Assembly (NCBI RefSeq): GCF_018350175.1
Contig: NC_058368.1
Span: 134,852,001 to 134,916,000 of the forward strand
Reading direction: 5' to 3'
From: Felis catus
Lineage: Eukaryota
Length of the DNA: 64,000 bases
This document shows positions 35,801 to 49,445 of the stretch, piece by piece (the first letter of the stretch is position 1; each line of letters opens with the position of its first letter). The notes under the pieces are model-generated. The model was not told where the DNA came from. It was given only the letters and a program-made list of their open reading frames with translations, and did no database searches. The position numbers and the translations under genes are program-made.

Positions 35801-38800
35801 AAAACCAGTAATTACATACTTATAAATAATTAATTTGAATATAAATGGATTAAATGCTCCAAAAGACATGGAGTAACAGGATGGATTAAAAAAAAAAAAA
35901 AAAAAGATGACTCATCTATACGCTCCTTTCAAGAGATTCATTTCAGACCTAAAAACGCGTACAGATTGAAAGTAAAGGGATGGAAAAGCATTTATCATGC
36001 AAATGGAAGAGAAAAAAAAGTAACAGTACTTATAACAAACACAACTGGTTTAAAATAGACTGTAACAAGAGACAAAGAAGGACACTATATAATCATAAAG
36101 GGAACAATCCAACAAGAAGATATAACAATTGTAAACATTTATCCACCCAACATGGAAGTACCCAAATACATAAAGCAGCTAATAATAAACATAAAGAAAG
36201 TAATTGATAGTGATACAGTAATAGTAGGAAATGTTAACAGTCTACATCCATCAAACAGTAAATCCATTTAGATCATCTAAACAGGAAATTAACAAGGAAA
36301 CAGTGCCTTTGAATGACCAGATGGATCTAACCGATATTCAGAACATTCCATCCTGAAATGGTACAATGCATATTCTTTTCAAGTACACAAGGAACATTCC
36401 CCAGAAGAGATTACAAATTAGGCCACAAGACAAGTCTCGACAAAAGCAAAAAAGAATGAAGTCAGACCATGCATCTTTTCTGACCACAATGCTATGAAGC
36501 TAGAAATCAACCACAAGAAAAAAACCTGGAAAGAACACCAATATGTAGATGTTAAGTAACATGCTACCAAACCATAAATGGGTCAATCACAAAATCATGG
36601 AAGACATCAAAAAACACATGGAGACAAACGAAACTGCAAACCCAATGGTCCACTATTTCTGGGATGCAGTGAAAAAGCTGGTCTAAGAGAACAGTTTAGA
36701 GAAGAAATACAGGCCTACTCAAGAAGAATAATCTCAAACAACTTATCCTTATACCTAGAGGATCTAGAAAAGAAAAACAAAACAAAATCCAACACCAGAA
36801 GAAAGGAAATAAAATTAGAGCAGAAAAAAAAAAAAAAAAACAGGAACTAAAAAAAAATAGAAATGGTAAATAGTAGGTTCTCTGAAAAGATCAACAAAAT
36901 TGATAAATCTTTACCCATTGTCATTAAAAAAATAAAGAGTATTCAAAATCAGAAATCAAAGAAGAGAACAACCGACACCACAGAAATGTAAAGGTTATAA
37001 GAAAATATTATGAAAAATTATAGGCCAACTGACAACCTAGAAGAAATGGATAAATTCCTAGAAACATGCAACCTACCAAAACTGAAGCAGGAGTAAAGAG
37101 AAAATTTGAACAGAATGATTACCAGCAATAAAATTGGATCAATAATCAAAAAAACTCCCAACACACAAAGTCCAGGACCAGAAGTCTTCACAGGTGTATT
37201 CTACCAAATATCTAAAGACGATTAAGTATTGGGGCACCTGGGTGGCTCAGTCAGTTTTGAGTGTCCAACTCTTGATGTCGGCTCAGGTCATGAGCCCAGG
37301 GTTGTGGGATCAAGCCCACATCAGGCTCTGCACTGAGTGTGAAATCTAATTGGGATCCTCTTCCTCTCCCTCAGTCCCCTCACCCTTCTAAAAAAGTTAG
37401 TAATAATAAATGAAGACAGGTAAATACCTATTCTTCTCGAGCTATTCTAAAAATTGAAGTGGAAGGAGAGCTTCCGAATTCATTCTATGAGACCACTATT
37501 TCATTGAAGCCAAAATGAGATAAAGACACCACAAAAAAAGAGAGAACTAGAAGCCAATAATTCTCATGAACATAGACGCAAAAATCTTCAATAAAATATT
37601 AGCAAACCAAATCCAACAATACATTAAAGAAACTATTCACCACGATCAAGTAGGATTCATTCCCAGAATGCAAGGGAGGCTAAATATGCTCAAATCAATC
37701 AATGTGACAAATCACATCAATAAGGAAAAAACAAAAACCCTATGATTGTTTCAATAGACGCAGAAAAAGCATTTGACAAAGTGCCACATTCACTCATGAT
37801 ACAAACCCTCAACGAAACAGGTTTAGAGGTTACATACCTCAATATAATAAAGGCCATCTATGAAAAACTCACAGCCATCATTATCCTCAATGGTGAAAAA
37901 CTGAAAGCTTTTCCCTTAAGGTCAGGAAGAAGACAAGGATGTCCACTCTCACTACTCGTATTCAATATAGTGTTGAAAATCCTACCCACAGCAAGCTGAC
38001 AAGAAATAAAAGGCTTCCAAATTGTTAAGGAAGAAATAAAACGTTCACTCTTTGCAGATAACATGCTACTGTATATAGAAAACTCTAAAGACTTCAACAA
38101 AAACTATTAGAAGTGATAAACTCAGTAAGATTGCAGGATAGAAAATCAGTAACAGAAATCCATTAACTTTCTATACACTAATAATAAAGTAGCAGAAAAA
38201 TAAATTAAGAAAACAATCCCATATACAATTGGACAAGAAACAACACTCATACAGAAACTTAACCAAGGAGGTAAAAGACATATACTATGAAAACTGAAAA
38301 ACACTGATAAAAAGAACTGAAGATGCCACAAATAGAAAGATGTTACATGCTCGCAAACTGGAAGAAAAAATATTGTTAAAATGTCCAAACAACCCAAAGC
38401 AATCTATAGATTGAATGCAAACCCTATCAAAACACCAACAACATTTTTCACAGAACTAGAACAAACAAACCTAAAATTCGTCTAGAACCATAAAATACCC
38501 CAAATAACCAAAACAATCTTGAAAAAGAACAAAACAGGAGGTATCACAATCTCAGATTTCTAGAGGTACTACAAAGATATAATAATACAAACAGTATGGT
38601 ACTGGCACAAAAGTAGACACAGTGATCAATGGAACAGAATAGAGGCACAGAAATAAACCCAAAATTATAAGATCAATTAATCTTTGACAAAGGAGACAAG
38701 AATATACAATGGGAGCAAGAACAAGGCAGTCTCTTCAACAGTGGGGTTGGGAAAACTGGACAGCTATATGCAAAAGAATGAAATTGGACCACTTTCTTAT

Positions 38801-39783
38801 ACCACACAAAAATATAAACTCAAAATGAATTAGGGACCTCAAATTGAGACCTGAAATCATAAAAATTCTCTAAGAGAGCACAGGCAGTAATTTCTCTGAC
38901 ACAGCCACAGCAACGTTTATCTAGGTATGTCTCCTGAGGCAAAGGAAACAAAAGTGAAAATAAACTATTGGGACCACATCAAATTAAAACCCCCTGCAGG
39001 GGCACCTGGGTGGCTCAGGTCATGATCTCGCGGTCCGTGAGTTCGAGCCCCGCATCGGGCTCTGTGCTGACGGCTCAGAGCCTGGAGCCTGTCTCAGATT
39101 CTGTGTCTCCCTCTCTCTGACCCTCCCCCGATCATGCTCTGTCTCTCTCTGTCTCAAAAATAAATAAATGGTAAAATAAATTTTTTTTAAATAAAAAAAT
39201 AAAATAAAACCCCCTGCAAAGGAAACAATCAACAAAACTCAAAGACAACTTGCTGACTGGGAAAAGCTATTTGCAAATGACACATCCAAGCATTAGCATC
39301 CAAAATATTTAAGAACTGGTACAACTCAACACCAATAAACCAAATAATCCAATTAAAAATGAACAGAAGACCATGCCTCCAAAGAAGACATACAGATGGC
39401 CAACAGATGCATGAAAAGATGTTCAATATCACTAATCAACAGGGAAATGCAAATCAAAACCACAATAAGCTATCAGCTCACACATGTCAGAATGACTGAA
39501 CTAAAAACAAAAAAACAACAAGTATCGGTGAGGATGTGGAGAAAAAGGAACCTCTTACACTTTCATGGGAATGCAAACTGGTGCAGCCACTGTGGAATAT
39601 GGTCTGGAGGTTCCTCAAAAAAATTAAAAATAAAATTACCACATGATTCAACAATTCCACTAATTGATATGTACCCAAAGAATACAAAAACACTAATTCA
39701 AAACCATATATGCACCCCTGTTCATTACAGTATTATTCACAATAGCCAAATTATGCAAGTAGCCCAAGTGCCCACAGATAGAT

Positions 39784-39824
<41 letters not shown>

Positions 39825-40140
39825 TATACAGTGAAACATTAATCATAAAAAAGAAAGAAATCTTGCCATTTGCAACAACATGGAGAGATCTAGATAGTAG
39901 AAAGCTAAGTGAAATGAGTCTGAGCAAGATAAAAACTGTATGGTTTCACTCATCTGTGGAATTTAAGAAACAAAACAAATGAAGAAAAAAGAGACGAACC
40001 AAAAACAGACTCTTAACTATAGAGATGAAACTGATGTTTACCAAAGGGGAGGTAGGTTGGGGGGAGGGGTGATATAATAAAGGGGATGAAGAGTACACAC
40101 ATCATGATAAGCACTGTATAGAAATATTCAATCACTATAA
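32889..40140 (+). mobile_element. L1 element C: near full-length decayed L1 (5'UTR, ORF1 from ~34307, ORF2 ~35810-39900, partial 3'UTR) nested in B
   Basis: ggaagatggcagagtaggaagatcct start; ORF2 remnants [26 protein letters not shown]; many stops and frameshifts; SINEs at 34763-34980, 37231-37410, 38999-39204. Confidence 0.9.
39785..39822 (+). repeat. (CA)n microsatellite within L1 C
   Basis: Direct read. Confidence 0.95.
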
Positions 40141-40144
40141 CAAA

Positions 40145-40385
40145 AACCCCAGTAGTAAGTCCTTACTTATCAATAATTACTTTAAACATAAAAGGATTAA
40201 ATTTGCCAATAAAAAGACATGAAACAGGTGAATCAATTTTTAAAAAATAGATCCAATAAGATGTTGCCTACAAGACACACATTTTAACTTTAACATAACC
40301 TTTAATTTTAACATAAACTGTGAGTGAAGAGACAAAAATATATATTTCAAGCAAATGCTAACCAACAAAAAGCTTGGAATATATA
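40145..40385 (+). mobile_element. L1 ORF2 endonuclease start, probable continuation of element B
   Basis: agtaagtccttacttatcaataattactttaaac...tgttgcctacaagacac. Confidence 0.75.
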
Positions 40386-40510
40386 TATATTTATATATAT
40401 ATAAATATATATATATTTATATATATATACATATATATTTATATATATATAAATATAAACATATATATATTTATATATATATAAATATATATATATACAT
40501 ACATACATAT
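40378..40510. repeat. Imperfect (TA)n microsatellite, ~130 bp
   Basis: Direct read. Confidence 0.95.
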
Positions 40511-40544
40511 CCATCCCTTCACTCTCCTCTCAGTTTATGTTCTT

Positions 40545-40903
40545 ATTTGAAGAAATAGCTGAAAACATCCCCAATGTTGGGAAGGAAATAGACAACTAGA
40601 CTGAGGAACCACAGAGAGCACCAAACAAAATGAAACCAAGTCAAAAATTAAACAATCTTAAAAGCAGTAAGAGAAAACCAATTAGTTACATACAAGCAAA
40701 TTCATATAAAGCTATTAGCTGATTTTTCAGCAGAAACTTTGCAACTCAGAGGGAGTGTCATAATATTTTCAAAGTGCTAAAAGGAAAAAAACTGCAACCA
40801 TGAACATCATACAAAATTGAAGGGGAGATAGAGATTTCTGGACACACAAAAGTTAAAGGAGTTCATCACCCTGAAAGAGCCTTACAAGAAATGGTAAAGG
40901 GAG
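40545..40903 (+). mobile_element. L1 fragment D: ORF1 C-terminal region
   Basis: ttatttgaagaaatagctgaaaac...tttttcagcagaaactttgca...cttacaagaaatggtaaaggga, paralogous to 34981-35420. Confidence 0.8.
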
Positions 40904-40904
40904 A

Positions 40905-43900
40905 ATTCCAGTCCAAGATGGTAAGGTAGGAAGATCCTGAACTCATCTCCTCCAAAAGCCGTGGTTTAAAAGAAGGAGAATATAAAAGATCCAGCCCTAA
41001 AACCCTGCCAAACGGTGGAGGAGCTGCTGAAACTCTCTTTGGGTCAGTGGAACTGGGAAATGCCACAGTTTACACTCCCCTTCCACTTTAATATCACAGA
41101 CAGGGGGAGGGTTCAGGAGCCCTACCCAGCCTACTGTCTCAAGGAGCCCCCAGCTCCTAGCGCTCACCAGACCCAGCTGTTCCACCAAAGTGGCCCCAGG
41201 GTGGTGTACATCAGGACACCCACGGTCAGTGCTCACCACAGCTCCAGCCATCTTGCCAAAGACACAGACTCAAGGCATACTCGAACACTCTAGACCTCTA
41301 CAACTTTAACTCCAGACAATGTGCCAGGGCACTCCCAGTACACAGCACCCAAGGACCCCACAGCCCATGCCTGCTTGCCCCACTAGGGCAACCCCCTCAT
41401 GAAGCACCTAGAAACCTCTGGCCTGTGCCTGCTTTGGCTACAGCTCCTCTGCCAGGCTGCCTCCAAGTAGAGTGCCTCAGAATGCCCTATCTATGCCCCT
41501 GTAAGCTTCACCTGCCAGGGCACCCTCTGCAGTGGGAGCCCTAGCATCCCCCAGCTTGCATCCAGGGCACCTTCTGTGCAGACACTGACAACTTAGAAGA
41601 AAAAGAAAGGTCAAATTTCTTAGAAACATACAAACTACCTAGACTGAATCAGGAAAAAATACAATGTTTGAATAAACCAAATTATTAATAGGGGTGCCTG
41701 GTTGGTTCAGTCAGGTAAGTGTCGACTTTGGCTCAGGTTATGATCTTGCGGTTGGTGAGTTCAAGCTCCACCCATGTCGGCTCTGTGAGGACAGCTCAGA
41801 GCTTGCAGCCTTGTTCGGATTCCCTCTCTCTCTGCCCCTCCCCTGTGTGTACGCATGCTCTTTCTCTCTCAAAAATAAACAAACAAACAAAAAAAGAAAA
41901 AACAAAATTACTGGTAAAGAGACTGAATCAGTATCTCCCAATATAGAAAAGCCCAGGTCCAGATAAATTCCCTAGTGAATATTACAAATATTTAAAGAAT
42001 TAACATTAATCCTCCAACTCTCCCAAAAAAATGAAGAGGAAGGAACACTCCCAAACTCATTTTATAAAGCCAGCAAGAGCCAGGGCACCTGGGTGGCTCA
42101 GTTGGTTGCTTAAGCACCTGACTTTGGCTCAAGTCATGATTTCATGGTTCATCAGTTTGAGCCCCATGTAGGGCTCTGTGCTGTCACCTCAGAGCCTGGA
42201 GCCTGCTTCAGATTCTGTGTCTCCCTCTCTCTCTGCCCCTCCCCCACTCACACTCTGTCTCTCTCTCTCTTTCCCTCTCAAAAATAAACATTAAAAAAAT
42301 TAAAAAAAAAATAAAGCTAGCATTAGCCTTCTACCAAAGCTAGAAAGCCCACTACCAAGAAAGACAACTACAAATCAACATTTCAGATGAATACAGACAC
42401 AAAAATTCTCAATATAATACTAGTATACCAAATTCAGCAGTAATTCAAAGGATCATTCACCATGATAATGTGGGATTTATACCTAGGATGCAAGGAATGT
42501 TCAACATATGTATCAATCGATGTGAAATACACATTAATAGAACAAAAAAACTTATCATCTCAACAGACACAGAAAAAGCATTCGACCAAATTCAACATCC
42601 ATTCACGATCAGCAACTCTTAACAAAGTATCTCTCAACATAAATAAAGGTCATAAATGATAAACCCACAGCTAGCATCATACTCAATGATGAAATGTACA
42701 AAGTTCTTCCTCTAAGATCAAGAACAAAACAAGGATGCCCAGTCTCACCACTTTCATTCAACATAATACTGGAAGTCCTTGCCAGAGAACTTAGGCAAGA
42801 AATAAAAAGCATCAGAATTGGAAAAGAAGTCAGATTGCCTACATTTGCAGATGACTTGATTTTACATGAAGAAAATCCTAAAGACTCCACCAAAAAATTG
42901 CTCTATCTCCTCAATGATTTCAGTAAAATTGCAGGATATAAAATTAACATACACAATTCAGCAGCTTTTCTATATACTAACAACAGATTGTCCTTACAAG
43001 AAATAAGGAAACCAATTCTATTTACAAAAGTACCAAAAACAATAAAATACTTAGGAATAAACTTAACCAAGGAGGTGAATGAACTCTGTCTGAAAACTAC
43101 AAGTCATTGATGAAAGAAAGCAAAGAAGATAAAAATAAACGCAAAGGTATCAGTGTTCATGGATTGAAAGAATTAATACTATCAAAAGCTATGTATAGAT
43201 TCAGTGCAATTCCTATCAACATTCCAAAGGTATTTTTATAGGAATGGAAAAAAACAATCCTAAAATTTATATGGAACCACAAAAGACCCTGAATAGCCAA
43301 AGTACTCCTGAAAAAGAACAAAGCGGGAGATGTTACACTTCCTCTTTCAAGTTATGCTATAAAGATACAGTAATCAAAATATGATGGTATTGGCACAAAG
43401 GCAAATAGATCAATAGAACAGATGAAAGCCCACAAAGAACCCTAAGGGAGCCAAGGACTCTCAATGGAGAAGAGACAGTATCTTCAATAAATGGTGGTGG
43501 GAAAATTCGATATTCACGCGTAAAAGAATGAAACCAGACCCCTATCTTACATCACTCAAAAATTAACTCAAAATGGATTCAATATTTAAATTTTAAGACT
43601 GAAAACCATCAGAAACCGAGAAGAAAACAGGAAAAAAGCTCCAAGACATGGTCTTGGCAATGGTTTTTGGATATGACCCCTGAAGCATAAGCAACAAAAC
43701 CAAAGGTAAACAAGGGGACTATATCAAACTAAAAAGCTTCTGCAGACCAAAAGAAAGTCAACAAAAGAAAAAATAGAGTATGAAATGGGAAATAAGATTT
43801 ATAAACTATATACCTGATAAGCAGTTAGTATCCAAATATATATATAAAAAAAACACACAACTCAATAGCAAAACAACATTAATCTAACTGAAAATGTACA

Positions 43901-44600
43901 AAAGACCTAATAGACATTTTTTCCAAAATGAGATCTATGAATGGCCAATAGGTACATGAAAAGATGTTCAACATTTCTAGTCATTAGGGAAATACAAATC
44001 AAAACCACAAAATCACCTCACACTTGTTGAAAGGTTATTAGAGAAGGGGTGGGGGATGACTGGATGAGGTAGTCAAAAGTTTCAAACTTTCAGTTATAAA
44101 ATAAACAAGTACTAGGGATGTAATGTACAATGTGATGGCTGGAGTTAACAAGGTATGGTATATTTCAAAGTTGTTAGAAGAATAAAAGGTATGGTATATT
44201 TCAAAGTTGTTAGAAGAATAAATCCTAAGAACAAATCCTAAGATTAAATCACAAGGAAAAATATATTATCTATATATAATATATTTGAGAGAGAGCACGG
44301 GGGAGGGGGAGAGGAAGGGGAAGTGGGAGAGAAACCTACCCAGGCTCCATGCTCAGTGGGGAGCCTCAAGCAAGGCCCCAACCCACCACCCTGGGATCAT
44401 GACCTGGGCTGAAATCAGGAGTCAGACGCTCAAAGGACGGAGCCACCCAGACGCCCCTTTCTTGTATTTTTATCAGATGATGCATGTTAACTAAATTGAC
44501 TGTGGCAATTGTTTCATAATATATGTAAGTCAAAACATGCTGTAGACCTTAAATTTATACAGTGCCATGTGTCAATTATATCTCAATAAAACTAAAACAG
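40905..44600 (+). mobile_element. L1 segment E: 5'UTR piece joined to mid and late ORF2 (from ~41587) and an L1MA9-like 3'UTR
   Basis: ccaagatggtaaggtaggaagatcct start; RT motifs QGCPVSP and FADD; 3' end gtcaattatatctcaataaaact; SINEs at 41691-41903, 42082-42310 and 44283-44457 (-). Confidence 0.82.
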
Positions 44601-45929
44601 TAAAAGAATCCTGGTGTGTTCTTTTACGTGTAAATAGATACAATTGATAACCATCTAAACTTCAGATAGAAGAACAAGAGAACTTTGTTCTCTCCAGCTT
44701 GAAACTGCTGTCATAAATCAGCTCCCCAGAAAACTACTAAGGCTTTGCAGGGAAGGGGGATAAATAAGTAATCACCAACATGCTTACGTGCATTTGCTCT
44801 CCAGAAGGAAATTTAGAAATTCTCTCTGCTTTGTGTAGCACTCAATCACAACTGTCCGAAGCATGACCTCAGACTTAGCTTGTTGTTAAATAAAAAAATT
44901 CTAAAGCTACACCTAGCTTGACACATGTAGAGGTCTGGCCTATAATACGAGAACAGGACAATCAACCTCCAACTACCAACCGTCATCACCTTAAGAGCAA
45001 AGTTACAGGACAGCTCCATTCATCACCAAGACTGCTCACGAGAATTATGGTTTTGACTGGAAAATATACCATACGTTCTATGACTAACCTACTGGAATCA
45101 ATTTATTTACGAGTTTATTTCAGGTTTCAGTGATTTATAGTCCAAGCCTTTCCAGACCAAAAAGTATAGATAACTTCATCACACTGGAGAAAATGTGTTG
45201 GTCACTTTACTTCTGATTTTCTGTCATCTTATGAGAGGCCCAGTAACACGTGGTTTAGGGCTTTAAATAGGTTTTGCTGGCATGGTGATGATCTGTTTCC
45301 CTGCACTGCCGAGGATGAGAGCTCTAACGAGGGCTTCCTGATTTATTTGACAAACTTTATTGAGTGCCTATTTTATTCAGGACACTGGGCTTTCTGGAAG
45401 CCCAATGACCAAGAAGACAGGTGGCTGCCATCAAAGATCTCAGTCTGCTGCTAGTGAAAGCACACTCTATCATCGTGGTAAGAAATGTAGTGGAGAGGAA
45501 TGAACAGTAAGTTACAGGAGGCCAGAGAGAGGAGTTGGGCAAAGGTTCAGAAAGGAGATACCTGAAACCTTACCTAGTTTAGAAAAACTCCCTGTCTTCA
45601 TTCTGGCTGTCATCACAAAACACCATAACTGGGGTAGCTTATAAATAAGAGAATAAAAATGTATTTCTTACCATTGCAGAGTCTGGGAAATCCAAGATCA
45701 AGAGGCTGGCAAGGTAGGCTTCCGACGAAGCCTCCTCTCCTGGCTTGCAGGCAGCCTCTGTCTGTTACATGCTCTAACGCCCTCTGTGGCACCTGCACGC
45801 ATGCGTGTGTGCGTGCGTGTGTGCGTGGGTATAGGGAGCAAAAGCTGAGGTGTCTCTCTACATAAAGGACACCTACCTGAGTATCTCCCTACTTCTTCTG
45901 ACCCTAATTACCTCCCAAAAGTCCATCTC

Positions 45930-46708
45930 TGTGGGGACATAGGTTCAAGAATTCCTTATACTTACATAAACGGGTTAGAAAAAAGCTTGGGGCAGAAAGC
46001 CGCCACCATGGGGCGAAAGCGCCTGAGGTTAGCGAGTGAGATACTATAATGGGATGAGGAGTAACTTGTTACATCACCTGCAGGAAATTACCCTCCACCT
46101 GGCGCCAATCTACCTTGATCACAAACTCCAACCCCCCCCACCCCCACCCTTTGCTTCTTACACACACAAGTTAATGATTACTGTCTGATTGTTTTTCTCC
46201 ACGTTCACGTGTGTAAGATCTTGTTTTCCTCAAGTTCACCATGTGGGTAACATCTTGTGAGCTCAATAAATATGGAGATGAAAGCCCGGTTTGGGGCTCT
46301 TGTCTCCTCCTGGACATTAGGCTCTCTTGTAGCAGGATTCTTACACAGAGAGTCGTGACACCGAGGCTTTTCTTTCCAGGAAGCAACTTTATTCCTGCCA
46401 GCTCGGCTCAGCTGGGTTTGTACCCAAAGAAGTGAGCCCTGAAGGCCATGTGGCATGGGTTTTTTTTATACATTTTCTATTTCTTTGTCTCCCCTATATG
46501 GTAACACACAAACATGCAGTCTGATGAAGTGGTCTCATGTTACAAGGTTGTGAGGGATGCTGTCACCTACGCATATAGCCAGGTTGCCTTGAGGGTTTGG
46601 GGTTTTTTTCCCCTCTCCTTAGGGTGGGGACCCTACCGCACTCCCCTATTCAATTCTGTGTCCGCTCTCTTGCTGGACAGGAGAGAACTCGAGACTCAGT
46701 CTGCAACA
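45930..46708 (+). mobile_element. Solo LTR, class II (ERVK/beta-like) candidate
   Basis: TGTGGGG...GCAACA termini, perfect 6-bp TSD CATCTC (45924-45929 / 46709-46714), AATAAA 46265. Confidence 0.8.
46328..46640 (-). mobile_element. Solo LTR, ERV1-like (carnivore CarLTR-type) candidate, nested in the previous LTR
   Basis: TG...CA termini with imperfect inverted ends, TATAAA and AATAAA on the - strand, near-TSD CTCT/CTCC. Confidence 0.72.
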
Positions 46709-48711
46709 CATCTCCAAATATCACAATGGGGGCTAGGGTTTTCAGCCCTTAACACTCCTCTCCAGCCTTCAGGAGAGCTACTATTTTTGTGGCAAGGCCA
46801 CAGTGCCTCTTAGTACAATCACTTTTAAGGTGAAGTGGTTTTGCTTTTTCCTTAAGTGCTGTCACAGGCATTATCTTCGTTCCCAGTTCTCCTCCAGAAT
46901 TGAATGTCCCCATCTGTGGTTCCATCAGCTGACCTCATACTTTCCTCTCTCCAGACAGGCTGCTGTCCTCCATTCATGGGCATATGTCACGGCCTCACTG
47001 GCTTCTGCCTGGCGTCGGACGTGAAGTGCATGCAGTTACACCTTTTCCTTTTATTCTGGATTAGAAACTCTCAGTTCCGCCTGTAGGTAGCAATTTAATA
47101 GGAAAACTGACCTACTGAAATAGAATCTCGAGGGTGTAGAGTAAATAAGATAATGTCTAGAATGCACCTGGAACATGGCTGGCATCTAATAATGGAAGCT
47201 AATAATTATAATTGTTGGTAAGACTTCCCCATCCAATAAAATTAGATTCTCAGTAAACTGTATCTACAACTTACAATTTACTATCATTCTTAGCATTGGG
47301 CTGGACATACGGTAGACCATTGAAAATGAGTTTACTTAGCTTCTAAAGTATTTATTTACAACGTTAATGACTTCCAAAAAATATTTTATTGTTTTACTTT
47401 CATTAGATCTTAGGTACCCACATTGGATTACTCATAATCCAACACACTAACTTCACTGATCCATTGGCCGTTCTATTATGTAATTATCCTTTAAAAATAT
47501 TCTATAACATTTAACATATAACAAGTATGACAAGATAAAAAAAAAAGGCCAACATAAAATAGACACAAGACAAGTAGTGAAGGAGGAGGAGAAGGGAGAA
47601 GTTATTAAGAATGAAAACAAATCATGTCTAAGGAAAGTTCCAATAATTAAAGGAAAACAGAGCTTCCTATCAGCCAAGCAAAAAAAGAACCACGCTATGG
47701 TTTCATAGACTTAATGCTCCAATAAGAGGAACTTGTAGTTCATTGTGAGTTAAGCATCTGCCTTGTCCAGATAATACTTGAGAGGAATCTGCCTACGGGA
47801 CCTTTGTAAAAACCACAGTAGCTCTTACACAATGTTCTTGATTTAAAAACGTCTGAGAACTATTCCATACAGTGCTTTCTTATTCAAACTGTGGCAGAAG
47901 CCTGGTGCTCATCTAGAAAGGAGGTCCTCTGGCTTGGCTCTAAAACCCTGTTCATGGTACCTGTCCATTTCCTAGCACCCTTGGGCAGCACTCACTTTAA
48001 CATGCCTGAAAGAGCTGATCTGCAAAGCTCTTCAAGAGGAAAGGCCAACAAAATTGCAGACCACAGCTCATTCCCTAGACTGTTCCAGGCCAGAATCTCA
48101 GTGGTAAATCTCTTTTGCCAATTAACATTACTTTTGGCACATGGGGAATAAACGTTAGTGCAAAATGAAAGTTAATGCAACTTTTCAAGAGGTCCTTGTG
48201 ACATCTGTGGCGGAGGCAGGTCTCAAAGCTATGGGGAACCAGACACTGCCTCCTCTTATCTAGTCGTCAGCTTGGTCTGGTTTGGAGCCCGCCTCCACAG
48301 GCAGCTACTTTCTGTTCATCATTCTCCTATGGGATTTTCTAGTTTCAGTTCATCTTTAACGTCACCTTTATTTTTTTTTTTTTACTTCATCTCTCAAAGA
48401 TAGATGCCAATGATACATTTTAGCTCAATAACACCCCACCCCTGAATCTTTGGAAGTCCAAGTATTCTGGTCTTTTCCTTGGAGAGGTGGTGGGGGGCGG
48501 GGTTTGGGGAGAGAGCCTTCATCAATACATAGAACTTTTGAAGAATTTCGGTAAAAATTTTTGAGGACACGATAGGGTAGAAAGAGGTTCTGACCAGCCT
48601 ATGATTAAAGGCCTTAGAAGGAAAGGTGTCTCAGGGAATGAAGTGGCTATCGAACCTCAACAGAATTCCACAACCTCCCCAGTTCAGAGAAACTGAGGCT
48701 AGAAGGGTAGG

Positions 48712-49071
48712 TCAGCAGGATATGATGGAAAATATTCAACCATCAGCTCTCCCAAATGTCACTGAATGTGGAATAGGGAAGATACACAAAGCAGCACACT
48801 AATACAGAGCATTGTCACCATACGGATACTCCACGTGAAAAATGCCCTCAAGGTTACGTACAATAACATATAGTAAAACATTGGGGAAGTGATGAGTGTT
48901 GGATATTTATTTGGTTATAAGTTTATATGATTTAATTGTTACCCAAGATATAATTTATCTGATTTTAAGTTTGTATCCTTCAATTTTTAATAACAGCCGT
49001 GTAGAACAACCAGCTTGCGAAATAAGTGAAAATACAAGTTGAGTTTTGAGTCAGCTCCAGCATAACCGCTG
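48712..49071 (-). mobile_element. MER63-like hAT-Blackjack element
   Basis: ggaagtgatgagtgttggatatttatt...cagctccagcataaccgctgg terminus. Confidence 0.65.
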
Positions 49072-49096
49072 GCAGTCGGAAAGAGCCTTTCTACCA

Positions 49097-49445
49097 GATA
49101 TGTAGTGGCATCTCATTGTTGCCTTCATTTGCATTTTCCAGATGACATATGACGTGGGACATCTTTTCACATGCTCACTTGCCATCTGTATATCTCCTCT
49201 GGTGAGACGTCTGTAAGGTTTTTGGCTTCATTCTTAGTTGGGTTGCTTTCTTATTGGTGAGTTTTAAGGGTTCTTTGTATATTTCAGATAATAATCCTTT
49301 ATCAAACATGTCTTCTGCAAATATTTTCTCCCAGTCTGTGGCTTCCCTTTGTATTTTCTTGATAATGTCTTCTGCAGAGCAGAAGTTTTTTATTTTAATG
49401 AAGCCGAATTTATCAATTCTTTGAGGGATACTGCCTTTGGTGTTT
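49097..49445 (-). mobile_element. Old L1 ORF2 3' fragment
   Basis: tctcattgttgccttcatttgcatttt...tgcaaatattttctcccagtctgtggct. Confidence 0.8.

Larger units (their letters stand above)
45590..46755. mobile_element. MLT1A-like MaLR LTR, host of nested LTRs
   Basis: tctgggaaatccaagatcaag...taattacctcccaaaagtccatctc [insert] catctccaaatatcacaatggggg. Confidence 0.8.
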
